Origin: Dyella sp.
GTDB taxonomy: Bacteria > Pseudomonadota > Gammaproteobacteria > Xanthomonadales > Rhodanobacteraceae
Direction: 5' to 3'
NCBI RefSeq assembly: GCF_035685885.1
Contig: NZ_DASRZX010000007.1
Location: forward strand, 2,085-66,084
DNA: 64,000 bases
Shown: positions 36,503 to 46,370 of the stretch, piece by piece
Layout: each line of letters begins with the position of its first letter
How positions within the stretch are numbered: position 1 is the first letter of the stretch
The notes under the pieces: generated by a model
Told to the model about the DNA's origin: nothing
Database searches by the model: none
Seen by the model: the letters and a program-made list of their open reading frames with translations, nothing else
Position numbers and translations under genes: made by a program

Positions 36503-36682
36503 TCACGCCGTTTTCACGACAGCCCACGCGGGCTGTCTCGTGATGGCGTACACGGCCTCCAGGGCACCCTCTGCACGCCCGCCAAAGGGTTCCACTGCAC
36601 CTTATTCACGTTTCTCTCCCTAAAACACGTCGCGTGGCCGGCGCCTTCTGCCAGCCCCCATCGACTTCAAAGGGAGAGAGTC

Positions 36683-36853
36683 ATGCTCAAGTGGGCCATC
36701 ATTTTCGCCATCGTCTCGCTGGTTACTGGCTGGATGGGTTTTGGCGGCGTCGCCGGCGTCACCGGCACCATCGCCAAGATCCTTTTCGCGATCTTCCTGA
36801 TCCTGTTCCTGCTGGCCCTGCTGGCTGTGACCGGCATCTTCCATGCGGTCTGA
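36683..36853 (+). CDS. ytjA: DUF1328 (UPF0391/YtjA) small membrane protein, 56 aa
   Basis: MLKWAIIFAIVSLVTGWMGFGGVAG...IAKILFAIFL; below the ORF-track length cutoff; GGGAG RBS. Confidence 0.9.
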   Translation: MLKWAIIFAIVSLVTGWMGFGGVAGVTGTIAKILFAIFLILFLLALLAVTGIFHAV

Positions 36854-36859
36854 CGCAGG

Positions 36860-37516
36860 CTAGTCGAGCATGCGCTCCATGCGCCGATGATCGGGCACGC
36901 GGCTTCGCTCATTGGACAGCCGTGACCTGCGCTCGCCAGTGATCTTGAAACCCGCGCGCTGATAGAGCGACTCAGCGCGCGGGTTGCTGGCCGCGACATC
37001 GAGCGTCACCCGCCGCCGGCCCGCCTCGCGGCCCACCCCGATCAACTGGTCGATGAGCGCGCGGCCCACGCCATGCCCGCGCAATTCGGGCAGCACGCCC
37101 AGGTGAGCGAGGTAATGCATGTCGCCCTCGGGCGGCCGTATCACCGATTCCACGCGTAGCCCGCGCGAAACCACGCCGGGACTTTTGCGCCACCCGTAGT
37201 AGCCGAAGATCTGCCGGGCCGCGGCCAGCATGAATGGCCACTTGGCATCTGCACCGAAGCCCGCACCGACCGCCACCACGCGCTCCTCCACGGTGCCAAC
37301 CCAGTGGTTGCGCCAGCCGAACTCGCCCGCGCCGTCCACGAAGCAATGATTGAGAAAATCCAGCGCATCGTCGCCTTCGCGTGTCGCGAAGACAAAGTCG
37401 AAGGCGGCGGGCCCGGAGCTGTAGATGAGCGGCACCGCCACGTCGGCATCGGCCGGCACGGCGGGGCGAAAGTGCACCTGCAGCCCTGGCCGCGCCATTC
37501 CGACGATCGTCCCCAT
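36860..37516 (-). CDS. GNAT-family N-acetyltransferase
   Basis: YLAHLGVLPELRGHGVGRALI motif A; LDVAASNPRAESLYQRAGF motif B. Confidence 0.88.
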   Translation of the reverse strand: MGTIVGMARPGLQVHFRPAVPADADVAVPLIYSSGPAAFDFVFATREGDDALDFLNHCFVDGAGEFGWRNHWVGTVEERVVAVGAGFGADAKWPFMLAAARQIFGYYGWRKSPGVVSRGLRVESVIRPPEGDMHYLAHLGVLPELRGHGVGRALIDQLIGVGREAGRRRVTLDVAASNPRAESLYQRAGFKITGERRSRLSNERSRVPDHRRMERMLD

Positions 37517-37664
37517 GCTTGCTGTTCCCCTGGTCCGCAACGCGCGGCAATCGCAGCATAGAGCAAGGGCCCTACCCTGCAGCAGAGGGGATGACGCTCG
37601 CCCGTGGGGGCGGTAGCGGCCACGAGCGCTGCGGAACCGCTCCAGCCCTTACACTAGGCGCCTT

Positions 37665-39395
37665 ATGCGCGGACGTATTCCCGACAGCTTCATTGACGAG
37701 TTGCTTGCCCGCGTCGACATCGTCGACGTGATCGAGCGGCGCGTGCCGCTGAAGAAAGCCGGACGCGAATGGACCGCCTGCTGTCCATTCCATAATGAGC
37801 GCACGCCGTCGTTCTATGTCAGCCCCGCCAAGCAGTTCTTCCATTGCTTCGGCTGCGGCGCGCACGGCAGCGCGGTGAAGTTCCTGATGGACTATGAGCG
37901 CCTGGAATTTCCCGATGCGGTGGAAGAACTGGCGCAGTCCGCCGGACTGACCGTGCCTCGCGAGGGCGGTGACGATCGTGCCCAGCGCGAGGACAAGACC
38001 GATCTCTACACCCTGCTCGACGACGCCGCCCGCTGGTATGAAAACGAGCTGCCCAAGAACAACGACGCGCAGGCGTATTGCAAGAAGCGTGGCCTCGATG
38101 CCGAGACCATCAAGCGCTTTCGCATCGGCTGGGCGCCCGCCGGTTTCGATGGCGTGATCAAGGCGCTGGGCGGCAGCGACAAGCGCATGCAATGGCTCAA
38201 CGAAGCGGGCATGGTGGCCAGCAACGAGCGGGGCAACCGCTACGACCGCTTCCGCGAACGCCTGATGTTTCCCATCCTCGACCGCCGCGGCCGCGTGATC
38301 GCTTTCGGCGGAAGAGTGTTGCAGTCGGATCAGGGGCCCAAATACCTCAACTCGCCCGAAACCCCGCTGTTCCACAAGGGGCGCGAGTTGTTCGCCCTGT
38401 GGCAGGTGAAGCAGGCCAACCCGAGCCTCGCGCGCATCGTGGTGGTCGAGGGCTACATGGATGTCATCGCCATGCACCAGGCGGGCCTGCCGATCGCGGT
38501 GGCCACGCTGGGCACGGCCACGACGCCGGAGCACACCGAAGTGCTGTTCCGCGCGGCGCCCGACGTGGTGTTCTGCTTCGATGGCGACCGTGCCGGCCGC
38601 GCCGCCGCGTGGAAGGCACTGGAGTCGGCGCTGCCGCGGCTGCGCGACGGAAGGCAGGCGTACTTCCTGTTCCTGCCCGATGGCGAGGATCCGGACACGC
38701 TGATCCGCAAGGAAGGCAAGGACGGTTTCGAGAAACGCCTGAAAGCCGCGACGCCGCTCTCCGAATACTTCTTCGGCGAGCTCGCGCACGATGTCGACAC
38801 GGCCAGCCTCGATGGCCGCGCACGCCTCGCCGAACGTGCGCGTCCGTTGATCGCGCGACTGCCGGACGGCGCCTTCCGCGACCTGATGGCACAGGAACTG
38901 GAGAAGCGCACCGGCGCGCGTGCGGTACTCGAAGCCGATGCCTCGCGCCGTCCGGTGCAACGCCCCATCGCCGTGCAACGCTCGCTGGTACGCAGCGCCA
39001 TCGCTTTACTGCTGGCCCAGCCGGGCGTGGCGGACGATGTGCCGCGTCCCTACGGCTTCCTTCGCATGGACAAGCCGGGCGTCGAATTGCTGGCCGAACT
39101 GATTGACCTTGCGCGATCACGCCCCGGCATCAATCCCGCCATGCTGGTGGAACACTTCGCGGAACGCCCTGAATACAGCGCGCTGCAGAAACTGATGGCC
39201 GCCATGGTGGTGGGCGAGCAGGACGCGCAGCGCGCGGAATTCTTCGATGCATTGACGCGCATGGAACAGCAGGCCGTGGACCAGCGCCGCGACTGGCTGA
39301 CCGCGAAAAGCCGCGAGGGCGCACTGGACAGCTCAGAAAAAGCCGAGCTGCGCGAACTGCTGGCCGCCCGCGTGGCACCGGTGAAGGCCGACTGA
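37665..39395 (+). CDS. dnaG: DNA primase
   Basis: CPFHNERTPSF and CFGCG zinc finger, KYLNSPETP, VVEGYMD, FCFDGDRAG TOPRIM. Confidence 0.97.
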   Translation: MRGRIPDSFIDELLARVDIVDVIERRVPLKKAGREWTACCPFHNERTPSFYVSPAKQFFHCFGCGAHGSAVKFLMDYERLEFPDAVEELAQSAGLTVPREGGDDRAQREDKTDLYTLLDDAARWYENELPKNNDAQAYCKKRGLDAETIKRFRIGWAPAGFDGVIKALGGSDKRMQWLNEAGMVASNERGNRYDRFRERLMFPILDRRGRVIAFGGRVLQSDQGPKYLNSPETPLFHKGRELFALWQVKQANPSLARIVVVEGYMDVIAMHQAGLPIAVATLGTATTPEHTEVLFRAAPDVVFCFDGDRAGRAAAWKALESALPRLRDGRQAYFLFLPDGEDPDTLIRKEGKDGFEKRLKAATPLSEYFFGELAHDVDTASLDGRARLAERARPLIARLPDGAFRDLMAQELEKRTGARAVLEADASRRPVQRPIAVQRSLVRSAIALLLAQPGVADDVPRPYGFLRMDKPGVELLAELIDLARSRPGINPAMLVEHFAERPEYSALQKLMAAMVVGEQDAQRAEFFDALTRMEQQAVDQRRDWLTAKSREGALDSSEKAELRELLAARVAPVKAD

Positions 39396-39613
39396 GTCCC
39401 GCTCCGGGAGCACGCGCGTCGCTGCCGCAAAGCCGCTGAAACAACGGCGTTCTAACCCATCAACCCGCAAGATGCGCGCTCGTCCCAGCCTCTTTCCCGT
39501 ATGGGAACGGGCGCACGAAGGGTGCGTGCACTGCGACAAGCGTGCCGACGCCTTCCTATGGGATCATCGACCCCTCTTGAGAGGCATGGCGGCTGGCCTG
39601 GGCATGGACGTAG

Positions 39614-40234
39614 ATGGAACTGCTTGAACGACTGGTGACCCTGTTCGCCGAAAACGGCTACCTCGCGGTGTTCGTCGCGTTGTTGCTGTGTGGCGCCGGT
39701 GCACCGCTGCCCGAGGACATCACCCTGGTCGCCGGTGGCGTCATCACCGGCCTGGGCTACGGCAACGTGCACGTGATGTTCGGCGTGGGCATGGCGGGCG
39801 TGCTGGTCGGCGATGCGGGCATGTTCCTGCTCGGACACCACTACGGCGCGCGCATCCGCCAATGGCGCCTGGTGGCGCGCGTGCTCACGCCTGAGCGGTA
39901 CGCCAAGGTGCAGGAAAAATTCGAGCGCTATGGCAACCGCCTGATGTTCATCGCCCGCTTCCTGCCGGGCATGCGCACGGCAGTATTCATCACCGCCGGC
40001 TCCACCCACCGCGTGTCGTTCCTGCGCTTCTTCCTGCTCGATGGCAGCGCCGCGCTGATCAGCGTGCCGATCTGGGTCTATCTCGGTTACTTCGGCGCCA
40101 ACAACCATGAGTGGCTGGCCACCTGGATCCATCGCGGGCAGAACGGCGCGTGGCTGCTGGCCGGCGTTATCGTGGCCATCCTGCTGGCACTGTGGTGGCG
40201 CCACAAGCACAAGCGGCGCTGCCAGGAAAACTAG
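39614..40234 (+). CDS. DedA-family membrane protein
   Basis: PLPEDITL, GD..MFLLG, FIARFLPGMR. Confidence 0.9.
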   Translation: MELLERLVTLFAENGYLAVFVALLLCGAGAPLPEDITLVAGGVITGLGYGNVHVMFGVGMAGVLVGDAGMFLLGHHYGARIRQWRLVARVLTPERYAKVQEKFERYGNRLMFIARFLPGMRTAVFITAGSTHRVSFLRFFLLDGSAALISVPIWVYLGYFGANNHEWLATWIHRGQNGAWLLAGVIVAILLALWWRHKHKRRCQEN

Positions 40235-40269
40235 GCGTCCCTCCCCTTCCGGAACGGGACGCCCGTGCG

Positions 40270-42942
40270 TTACAGCCAGCGACCGTAGCGTCGGATGTAA
40301 AGCGTCTTCACGATCTGTGTCAGCACGGCATAGGTCAATACCGTCAGCGCCACCCAGCCGAAGTACACCGACGGCAACGTCACGAAGCCGAACTTCGAAC
40401 CAATGCTGGTGAACGGCAGCGCCAGGCCAATCAGGATGACGGCCGTGGTGAGCGCCAGCACCGGCGCCGCGGCAATGCTCTGCACGAACGGAATCTTGCG
40501 CGTACGGATCATGTGCACGATCAGCGTCTGCGTAAGCAGGCTCTCGATGAACCAGCCGGTCTGGAAGAAGGCCTGGTGTTCCGTCGAGTTCGCGCCGAAC
40601 ACGTGCCACAGCAGCCAATAGGTGGTGATGTCGAAGATCGAGCTGACAGGACCGATCCACACCATGAACCGGCCGATGTCGCTGGCGTCCCATTTGCGCG
40701 GCTTGCGCAGGTACTCCTCGTCCATGCGGTCGAACGGAATCGACAGCTGCGAGCCGTGGTAGAGCAGGTCCAGCACCAGCAACTGCAGCGGCAGCATCGG
40801 CAGGAACGGCAGGAACGCGCTTGCCACCAGCACCGAGAACATGTTGCCGAAGTTGGAACTGGCGGTCATCTTGATGTACTTGATGATGTTGCCGAAGGTC
40901 ACGCGACCCTCGATCACACCCTCTTCAAGCACCATCAGGTTTTTTTCCAGCAGGATGATGTCCGCCGACTCCTTGGCGATGTCGGTGGCCGTATCCACCG
41001 AGATGCCGACATCGGCCTCGCGCAGCGCCGGCGCGTCGTTGATGCCATCGCCAAGGAAGCCCACGGTATGGCCCTGGCGCTGCAGCGACTTCACCACGCG
41101 CGCCTTTTGCAGCGGCGACATCTTGGCGAACACCGTGGTGCGCTTGACCAGCTCATCCAGCTCCTCGTCCGACAGCGGCTCAATGTGCTTGCCCTGCGCG
41201 GAGTGCTCCACGTCCAGGCCCACTTCACGGCAGATCTTGCGCGTCACCGCCTCGTTGTCGCCGGTGATCACCTTCACTTCAACGCCGTGGTGGTGCAGCG
41301 CCGCGATGGCGGTAGCCGCACTATCCTTCGGCGGATCGAGGAACGCGAGGCAGCCGATGGCCGTGAGGTTGGCCTCATCGGCGACACCGTAGGCGCGCCC
41401 TTGGGGCGGCTGATGCTTGATGGCCACGACCAGCACGCGCAAGCCATCCTCGTTGAGGTGGCGCGTCATCGCCTTGATGCGGGCGCGCTGCTCGTCGTCC
41501 ATCGGCACGATCTCGTCGCCCGACTTGGCCTGGGAGCAGATGGAGAGCATTTCCTCCACTGCACCCTTGCACACCAGCAGTTCGTTGCCATTGTCGTTGG
41601 TGACCACCACCGACATGCGGCGGCGCTGGAAGTCGAACGGAATCTCGTCGACGATACGGAAATGCTGCGCCACCTCTTCCAGGTCGCGATGCTCCAGCAC
41701 TGCCTTGTCCATCAGGTTCTTCAAACCCGTCTGGAATCGGCTGTTGAGGTAACCGAATTCGAGCGCCTCGTCGGACTCGTTGCCGTGCAGGTCGAGGTGA
41801 CGCTCCAGCACGATCTTGTCCAGCGTCAGCGTGCCGGTCTTGTCCGTGCACAGCACGTCCATGGCGCCGAAGTTCTGGATCGCGTTGAGGCGCTTCACCA
41901 CCACCTTGCGCTTGGACATCGCGATGGCGCCCTTGCCCAGGTTCGCCGTCACGATCAGCGGCAGCATTTCAGGCGTCAGGCCCACCGCCACCGACAGCGC
42001 GAACAGGAACGCCTGCAGCCAGTCGTGCTTGTCGAGGCCGTTGATGATGAAAACGATCGGCACCATCACCGCCATGAAGCGGATAAGCAGCCAGCTCACG
42101 CTCTTCACACCGCGGTCGAAGCTCGTCTGCACGCGCTGGCCCACAACGGAACGCGCGAGCGAACCCAGGTACGTCCGCCCACCGGTGGCGACGATCACCG
42201 CAGTCGCGGTACCACTGACCACGTTGGTGCCCATGTAGCACACGGTCGCCAGATCCAGCGGGTTGTCACCGTTGCCCGACCCCTCCAGCTCGTCGCCCGT
42301 ATGGACGCGCGCTGGCGGCGCCTTTTCCACCGGCAGCGATTCGCCCGTGAGGATGGCCTGGCTGATGAACAGATCCTTCGCGGAAACCAGGCGCAGGTCC
42401 GCGGGTACCATGTCGCCCGCGGCGAGGTGCACGATATCGCCAGCCACCAGCTCGCCGACCGGCACTTCGATGCGCTCGCTGTGGCCATCGGAGGCGCGAC
42501 GCGTGACCGTGGCGGTGTTGCGCACCATGGCCTTGAGCTTTTCAGCGGCCTTGGACGAACGGTATTCCTGGGTAAAGCTCAGGAACACGCTGATGCACAC
42601 CATCACGCTGATGATGGTCGGCCCCGTAAGGTTGGTGCTATCGGTCGCCAGTTGGACGCCGGCGAGCACCAGCAACACCACGATGAACGGGTTCTTGAAG
42701 GCGTGAAGCAGCTGCTTCCACCACGCCGGCGGCCGCTCGTGCGATACCTCGTTGGCGCCATCGCGATCCAGGCGCTCGGCGATCTGGTCCGCGTTGAGAC
42801 CGGCGGCACTGGTATCCAGCGCTGCGTAGAGGGCCTCGTTAGGGCGAAAGGCTTCCTGTGCCACGGCCACGCGCACAGGCGCAGCTGCGGCGACCTTGCC
42901 GGCCGCCTTGCCGGTGACGGTCTGGGTGGAGTGCTTCAACAT
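40270..42942 (-). CDS. mgtA: P3B-type Mg2+-transporting ATPase
   Basis: TGES, VGLTPEMLP, DKTGT, GDGINDAPAL, KMTASSNFGN; M6 motif is atypical (see findings). Confidence 0.92.
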   Translation of the reverse strand: MLKHSTQTVTGKAAGKVAAAAPVRVAVAQEAFRPNEALYAALDTSAAGLNADQIAERLDRDGANEVSHERPPAWWKQLLHAFKNPFIVVLLVLAGVQLATDSTNLTGPTIISVMVCISVFLSFTQEYRSSKAAEKLKAMVRNTATVTRRASDGHSERIEVPVGELVAGDIVHLAAGDMVPADLRLVSAKDLFISQAILTGESLPVEKAPPARVHTGDELEGSGNGDNPLDLATVCYMGTNVVSGTATAVIVATGGRTYLGSLARSVVGQRVQTSFDRGVKSVSWLLIRFMAVMVPIVFIINGLDKHDWLQAFLFALSVAVGLTPEMLPLIVTANLGKGAIAMSKRKVVVKRLNAIQNFGAMDVLCTDKTGTLTLDKIVLERHLDLHGNESDEALEFGYLNSRFQTGLKNLMDKAVLEHRDLEEVAQHFRIVDEIPFDFQRRRMSVVVTNDNGNELLVCKGAVEEMLSICSQAKSGDEIVPMDDEQRARIKAMTRHLNEDGLRVLVVAIKHQPPQGRAYGVADEANLTAIGCLAFLDPPKDSAATAIAALHHHGVEVKVITGDNEAVTRKICREVGLDVEHSAQGKHIEPLSDEELDELVKRTTVFAKMSPLQKARVVKSLQRQGHTVGFLGDGINDAPALREADVGISVDTATDIAKESADIILLEKNLMVLEEGVIEGRVTFGNIIKYIKMTASSNFGNMFSVLVASAFLPFLPMLPLQLLVLDLLYHGSQLSIPFDRMDEEYLRKPRKWDASDIGRFMVWIGPVSSIFDITTYWLLWHVFGANSTEHQAFFQTGWFIESLLTQTLIVHMIRTRKIPFVQSIAAAPVLALTTAVILIGLALPFTSIGSKFGFVTLPSVYFGWVALTVLTYAVLTQIVKTLYIRRYGRWL

Positions 42943-43107
42943 GACTCGCTTCCGTGAAATCGGTGACATCTGGGCCGGACCAGCGAGCCGGGCGGGTATC
43001 CCGCGCGTGACGCTTAGACCTGCGCTACGGACTTCGTCGCAATCGACGCCACGGGACTGGCGGAGGCCAGCCCTTGCGGGGCAGCGCGGGGCGCGACAAA
43101 GCCTTCA

Positions 43108-43338
43108 TCAGTGACTGGATACCAGCTGCAGATGACGATGAGCTTGCGGAGCGGCATGTTCCTGCTTGCGCGCGAGCTGATGGCCACGCGTAGCGTCCGA
43201 AAGGCGGTGGGCTTCGGACGACTCAGACGGCTGCGCCTGCCCCAGCGGGGCCGGCACGGTGATCGTCCAGGAACGGGAATCCGAACGGCGGCCCAGACGG
43301 GCGACACGCAGACGGAAAAAATCGCGAAGGAGCTTCAT
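43108..43338 (-). CDS. Small ORF upstream of mgtA (76 aa), unknown function
   Basis: Strong RBS GAGGAGAAAGG before ATG; Arg-rich N-terminus; no family recognised. Confidence 0.45.
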   Translation of the reverse strand: MKLLRDFFRLRVARLGRRSDSRSWTITVPAPLGQAQPSESSEAHRLSDATRGHQLARKQEHAAPQAHRHLQLVSSH

Positions 43339-43395
43339 GGCCCTTTCTCCTCGTTAACGGCGCCGACGGCGCCGTCAGAGGTGGGCCGGTCTTCC

Positions 43396-43512
43396 CTAGT
43401 CCAGGAAAGCGCCAGCCGACCGCAGGCGGTCGCCGCAGCAGATCAGCTTGTTATGCAATGCCGGCACCCGATGCTCGCGGATGTCGACGTTGCGACTAGG
43501 GTAAACGTCCAT
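43396..43512 (-). other. Candidate 38-aa leader ORF in the mgtA 5' region
   Basis: MDVYPSRNVDIREHRVPALHNKLICCGDRLRSAGAFLD*, AAGG upstream; start and stop regions are complementary (8 bp). Confidence 0.4.
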
Positions 43513-43571
43513 ATGCCTTGGGTTGATAGGACAGAGGCCACTGAGGGCGAAACGCGCCCGGCGGCGCATAA

Positions 43572-43600
43572 ATTGTCTTGCTGCAGTGCGGGAGTGTCAA
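43572..43600 (-). promoter_or_regulatory. Near-consensus sigma70 promoter driving the mgtA leader
   Basis: TTGACA-N17-GACAAT on the minus strand. Confidence 0.7.
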
Positions 43601-43677
43601 CCCTATGGCATGGATTTGGGTGGCGAAAGTTGTTGCGTTCAGGGTCAGCACGAACATATCGCGCAGCAAGGTTGGCA

Positions 43678-43713
43678 CCTCACCCCGACCCTGTCTCCGA
43701 AGGCGAGAGGGAG
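43678..43713. repeat. Degenerate CCCTCACCCC..CCCTCTCC-type extragenic palindrome
   Basis: cctcaccccgaccctgtctccgaaggcgagagggag, directly after the cyoE stop. Confidence 0.45.
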
Positions 43714-43726
43714 AAAAGACCCCGGG

Positions 43727-44635
43727 TCACGCCGAACGCTCGATCACTACGCCCTGATGCTGCACCAGCGGCTCCATCACCCAATGGTCCACCAGCAGGA
43801 ACGCAAACAGCGCCATCAGGTACACAATGGAATAGTTGAACACCTTCATCGCGAAGAACTCATCCGGCGGATTCAGCAGGCGGATCGCGTAATACAGGAA
43901 GCCCAGGCCCAGCACCGCGGCACCACCGAGATAAACCATGCCGCTGTAACCCGTCAGCGCCGGCAACAACGTCACCAGTACCAGCAGGATCGTATAGAAG
44001 AGCACGTGCCAGCGCGTGAACACCACGCCGTGCGTCACCGGCAACATAGGCACCTGGGCGCGCGAATAGTCGTCGCGACGGAAGATGGCCAGCGCCCAGA
44101 AATGCGGTGGCGTCCACACGAAGATGATCAGGCACAGCTGCAGCGCGAACGGATGCAGCGATCCGGTGACTGACGTCCATCCCAGCACCGGCGGAATGGC
44201 GCCGGCCAGGCCACCGATCACGATGTTCTGCGGCGTGGCGCGCTTGAGGTAAGCGGTATAGATCACCGCATAGCCGATCAAACCGCCAAAGGTCAGCAAG
44301 GCGGTCAGCGGATTCACCAGCACGACAAGGACGACCATGGACAGCGCGCCGAGCGCCAGCGCAAACGTGAGCACCTGGACCGGCTTCAGGTGTCCCGTGG
44401 CAAGCGGACGATGCGCCGTGCGTGCCATCACCTTGTCGATGCGCTGGTCGATCAGGTGATTGAACGCAGCTGCTGAACCCGAGGCCATCCAGATGCCAAG
44501 CGTGCCAAACACCAGCGCGCGCCAAGGTGGAATGCCCGGCACCGCGAGAAACATACCGATGACGGCGCAGAACACCAGCAGCGCGACGACACGCGGCTTG
44601 GTCAGCTCCATGTATTCGTGGAAACGGCTCGTCAT
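43727..44635 (-). CDS. cyoE: Protohaem IX farnesyltransferase (haem O synthase)
   Basis: [41 protein letters not shown]. Confidence 0.95.
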   Translation of the reverse strand: MTSRFHEYMELTKPRVVALLVFCAVIGMFLAVPGIPPWRALVFGTLGIWMASGSAAAFNHLIDQRIDKVMARTAHRPLATGHLKPVQVLTFALALGALSMVVLVVLVNPLTALLTFGGLIGYAVIYTAYLKRATPQNIVIGGLAGAIPPVLGWTSVTGSLHPFALQLCLIIFVWTPPHFWALAIFRRDDYSRAQVPMLPVTHGVVFTRWHVLFYTILLVLVTLLPALTGYSGMVYLGGAAVLGLGFLYYAIRLLNPPDEFFAMKVFNYSIVYLMALFAFLLVDHWVMEPLVQHQGVVIERSA

Positions 44636-44637
44636 CG

Positions 44638-45801
44638 TCAGCGCCCGAGGGAAAGGAACATCGCGTCGTCATGACGCTTTTGCGTACGCGCCAGCGTCGC
44701 CAGCAACGTGAACAGCAACAGCGCGGCCACGCCATTGTGCAACGTCGCCACCGGCAACGGCAGGCCGAAATGCACGTTGCTGATGCCCAGCAGCACCTGG
44801 GTGACCAGCACCACGGCAATAGAGAGGCCCTGCGACCGCAGTCCACGGCGGGACACACGATGGGACAGCCACGCCAGGTAGCAGAACACCACCAGCGCGC
44901 CGATGCGATGGGCGATCTGGATCGCACTACGCGCGGCCATGTCGAGCACACCACCCTCGTAGTTCACACCGACGCCGCGCCACAGCACGAAGCCTTCGCG
45001 GAAATCGGTGGGCGGCATCCATTGGCCCAGGCACTTGGGAAAATCCGTGCCGCACGCCAGCGCCGCGTAATTGGAAGAAGTCCAACCGCCCAGCGCAATC
45101 TGCGCCAGCAGTAGCACGATCCCGAACACCACCGCCCTGCGCAAGCCGGCGTAGCTGTCGTCCTGCGCGGCGATGCCACCGAAACGCAGCGCCGCATAGG
45201 CAAGCAATGCGAACGTGGCGATGCCGCCCATCAAGTGGCCCATGACCACGATGGGCTTGAGCAGCAAGGTTACCGTCCACATGCCAAGCATGGCCTGGAA
45301 CACCACCACTGACAGCGCCAGCACACTGATGCGCCACGCGCCCGGCCGGTGCATCCTGATCGCGCAGATCAACGGCAGTCCGATCGCCACGATCGACAAC
45401 AGCAACGACCAGTGATGTTCACCGCGTATGTACATGCCCACGCCTATCGCCGCGCAGACCGCGCCCACGATGACGGCGTAGCGCGCCCAGCGGTCACGCC
45501 AGCTGGCGATCAATGCCAGCGCGAGCACGAGCGTGCCCAGCGTACCGGCGAGGAAACGGTGCACCTGCTCGCGCCACGCCTTGTGCGTTTCGTACGGACG
45601 ATCCGGGAAGGCCTGGTTGGCCTGCGCAATCTCGTGCTGTTGCTCGGGCCAGGCGGCGCGTCCGTAGCAGGTCGGCCAGTCGGGACACGAAAGCCCGGCG
45701 TTGGACAGGCGCACGAAGGCACCGAACATCACCACGCCAAAGGCGAACACCGCGGCGAGCAGCGCGAGTCCGCGCAGCACCTTGGAGGAACGGGCGGTCA
45801 T
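44638..45801 (-). CDS. ctaA: Haem A synthase (CtaA/COX15)
   Basis: [31 protein letters not shown]. Confidence 0.92.
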   Translation of the reverse strand: MTARSSKVLRGLALLAAVFAFGVVMFGAFVRLSNAGLSCPDWPTCYGRAAWPEQQHEIAQANQAFPDRPYETHKAWREQVHRFLAGTLGTLVLALALIASWRDRWARYAVIVGAVCAAIGVGMYIRGEHHWSLLLSIVAIGLPLICAIRMHRPGAWRISVLALSVVVFQAMLGMWTVTLLLKPIVVMGHLMGGIATFALLAYAALRFGGIAAQDDSYAGLRRAVVFGIVLLLAQIALGGWTSSNYAALACGTDFPKCLGQWMPPTDFREGFVLWRGVGVNYEGGVLDMAARSAIQIAHRIGALVVFCYLAWLSHRVSRRGLRSQGLSIAVVLVTQVLLGISNVHFGLPLPVATLHNGVAALLLFTLLATLARTQKRHDDAMFLSLGR

Positions 45802-46370
45802 CAGCGGATCACCTTCTGCAGATCCTTGCGCAAGCCGGAAGGATCGAAACCTGCGGGATACAGCGACAACGCGGTGCCGTCGGATTCGACCAGCAGTGCA
45901 CTTACGCTGTCCGGTTCAGACGGGCGGAACGCGGCCAGCGCGTCCATGTCGTCATGGCCCAGCTGCCAATAGCTCGCCATGCCGCTGTCCTTCGCATCCG
46001 CGGGCGGCTGGCCCACGTAAAGCAACCGCAGACGCGGAGCGTTGCGATTGAGCGTGATGCGGGCGGCCGCCATCTTGGTCAGCGTCTCCAGGCAACGGGC
46101 AGCGCATCCGGGACCGGCGAGCGCCATCAACGTGAGCTGCGGCTCGCTTGACCGCCATGCCCACGGCTTGCCGTCGGCCAGCGTGACCTGCAGCTGTTCC
46201 GTCGCGAAGTTGCGCTGCGGCGTCACCGCGAGCCCATTCGCCTTGCCAGAAGGCTGCCAGCCAGTGGCCGTGAGCGTGATCGCGGCGATGATGGGTGCGG
46301 CAAACACCAGCATGATCAACAGCAGTTTCAGTCGGCTCGCGCGCAGCGCGGCGGGTTCAGGCTTGCTCAT
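45801..46370 (-). CDS. Membrane-anchored thioredoxin-like oxidase assembly protein with CxxxC
   Basis: N-terminal TM; GCAARCL; TGATG coupling with ctaA. Confidence 0.7.
   Translation of the reverse strand: MSKPEPAALRASRLKLLLIMLVFAAPIIAAITLTATGWQPSGKANGLAVTPQRNFATEQLQVTLADGKPWAWRSSEPQLTLMALAGPGCAARCLETLTKMAAARITLNRNAPRLRLLYVGQPPADAKDSGMASYWQLGHDDMDALAAFRPSEPDSVSALLVESDGTALSLYPAGFDPSGLRKDLQKVIR

Noticed and set aside
39396-39613. Possible riboswitch upstream of dedA
   Set aside because: Only short hairpins; no yybP-ykoY or other recognisable consensus.
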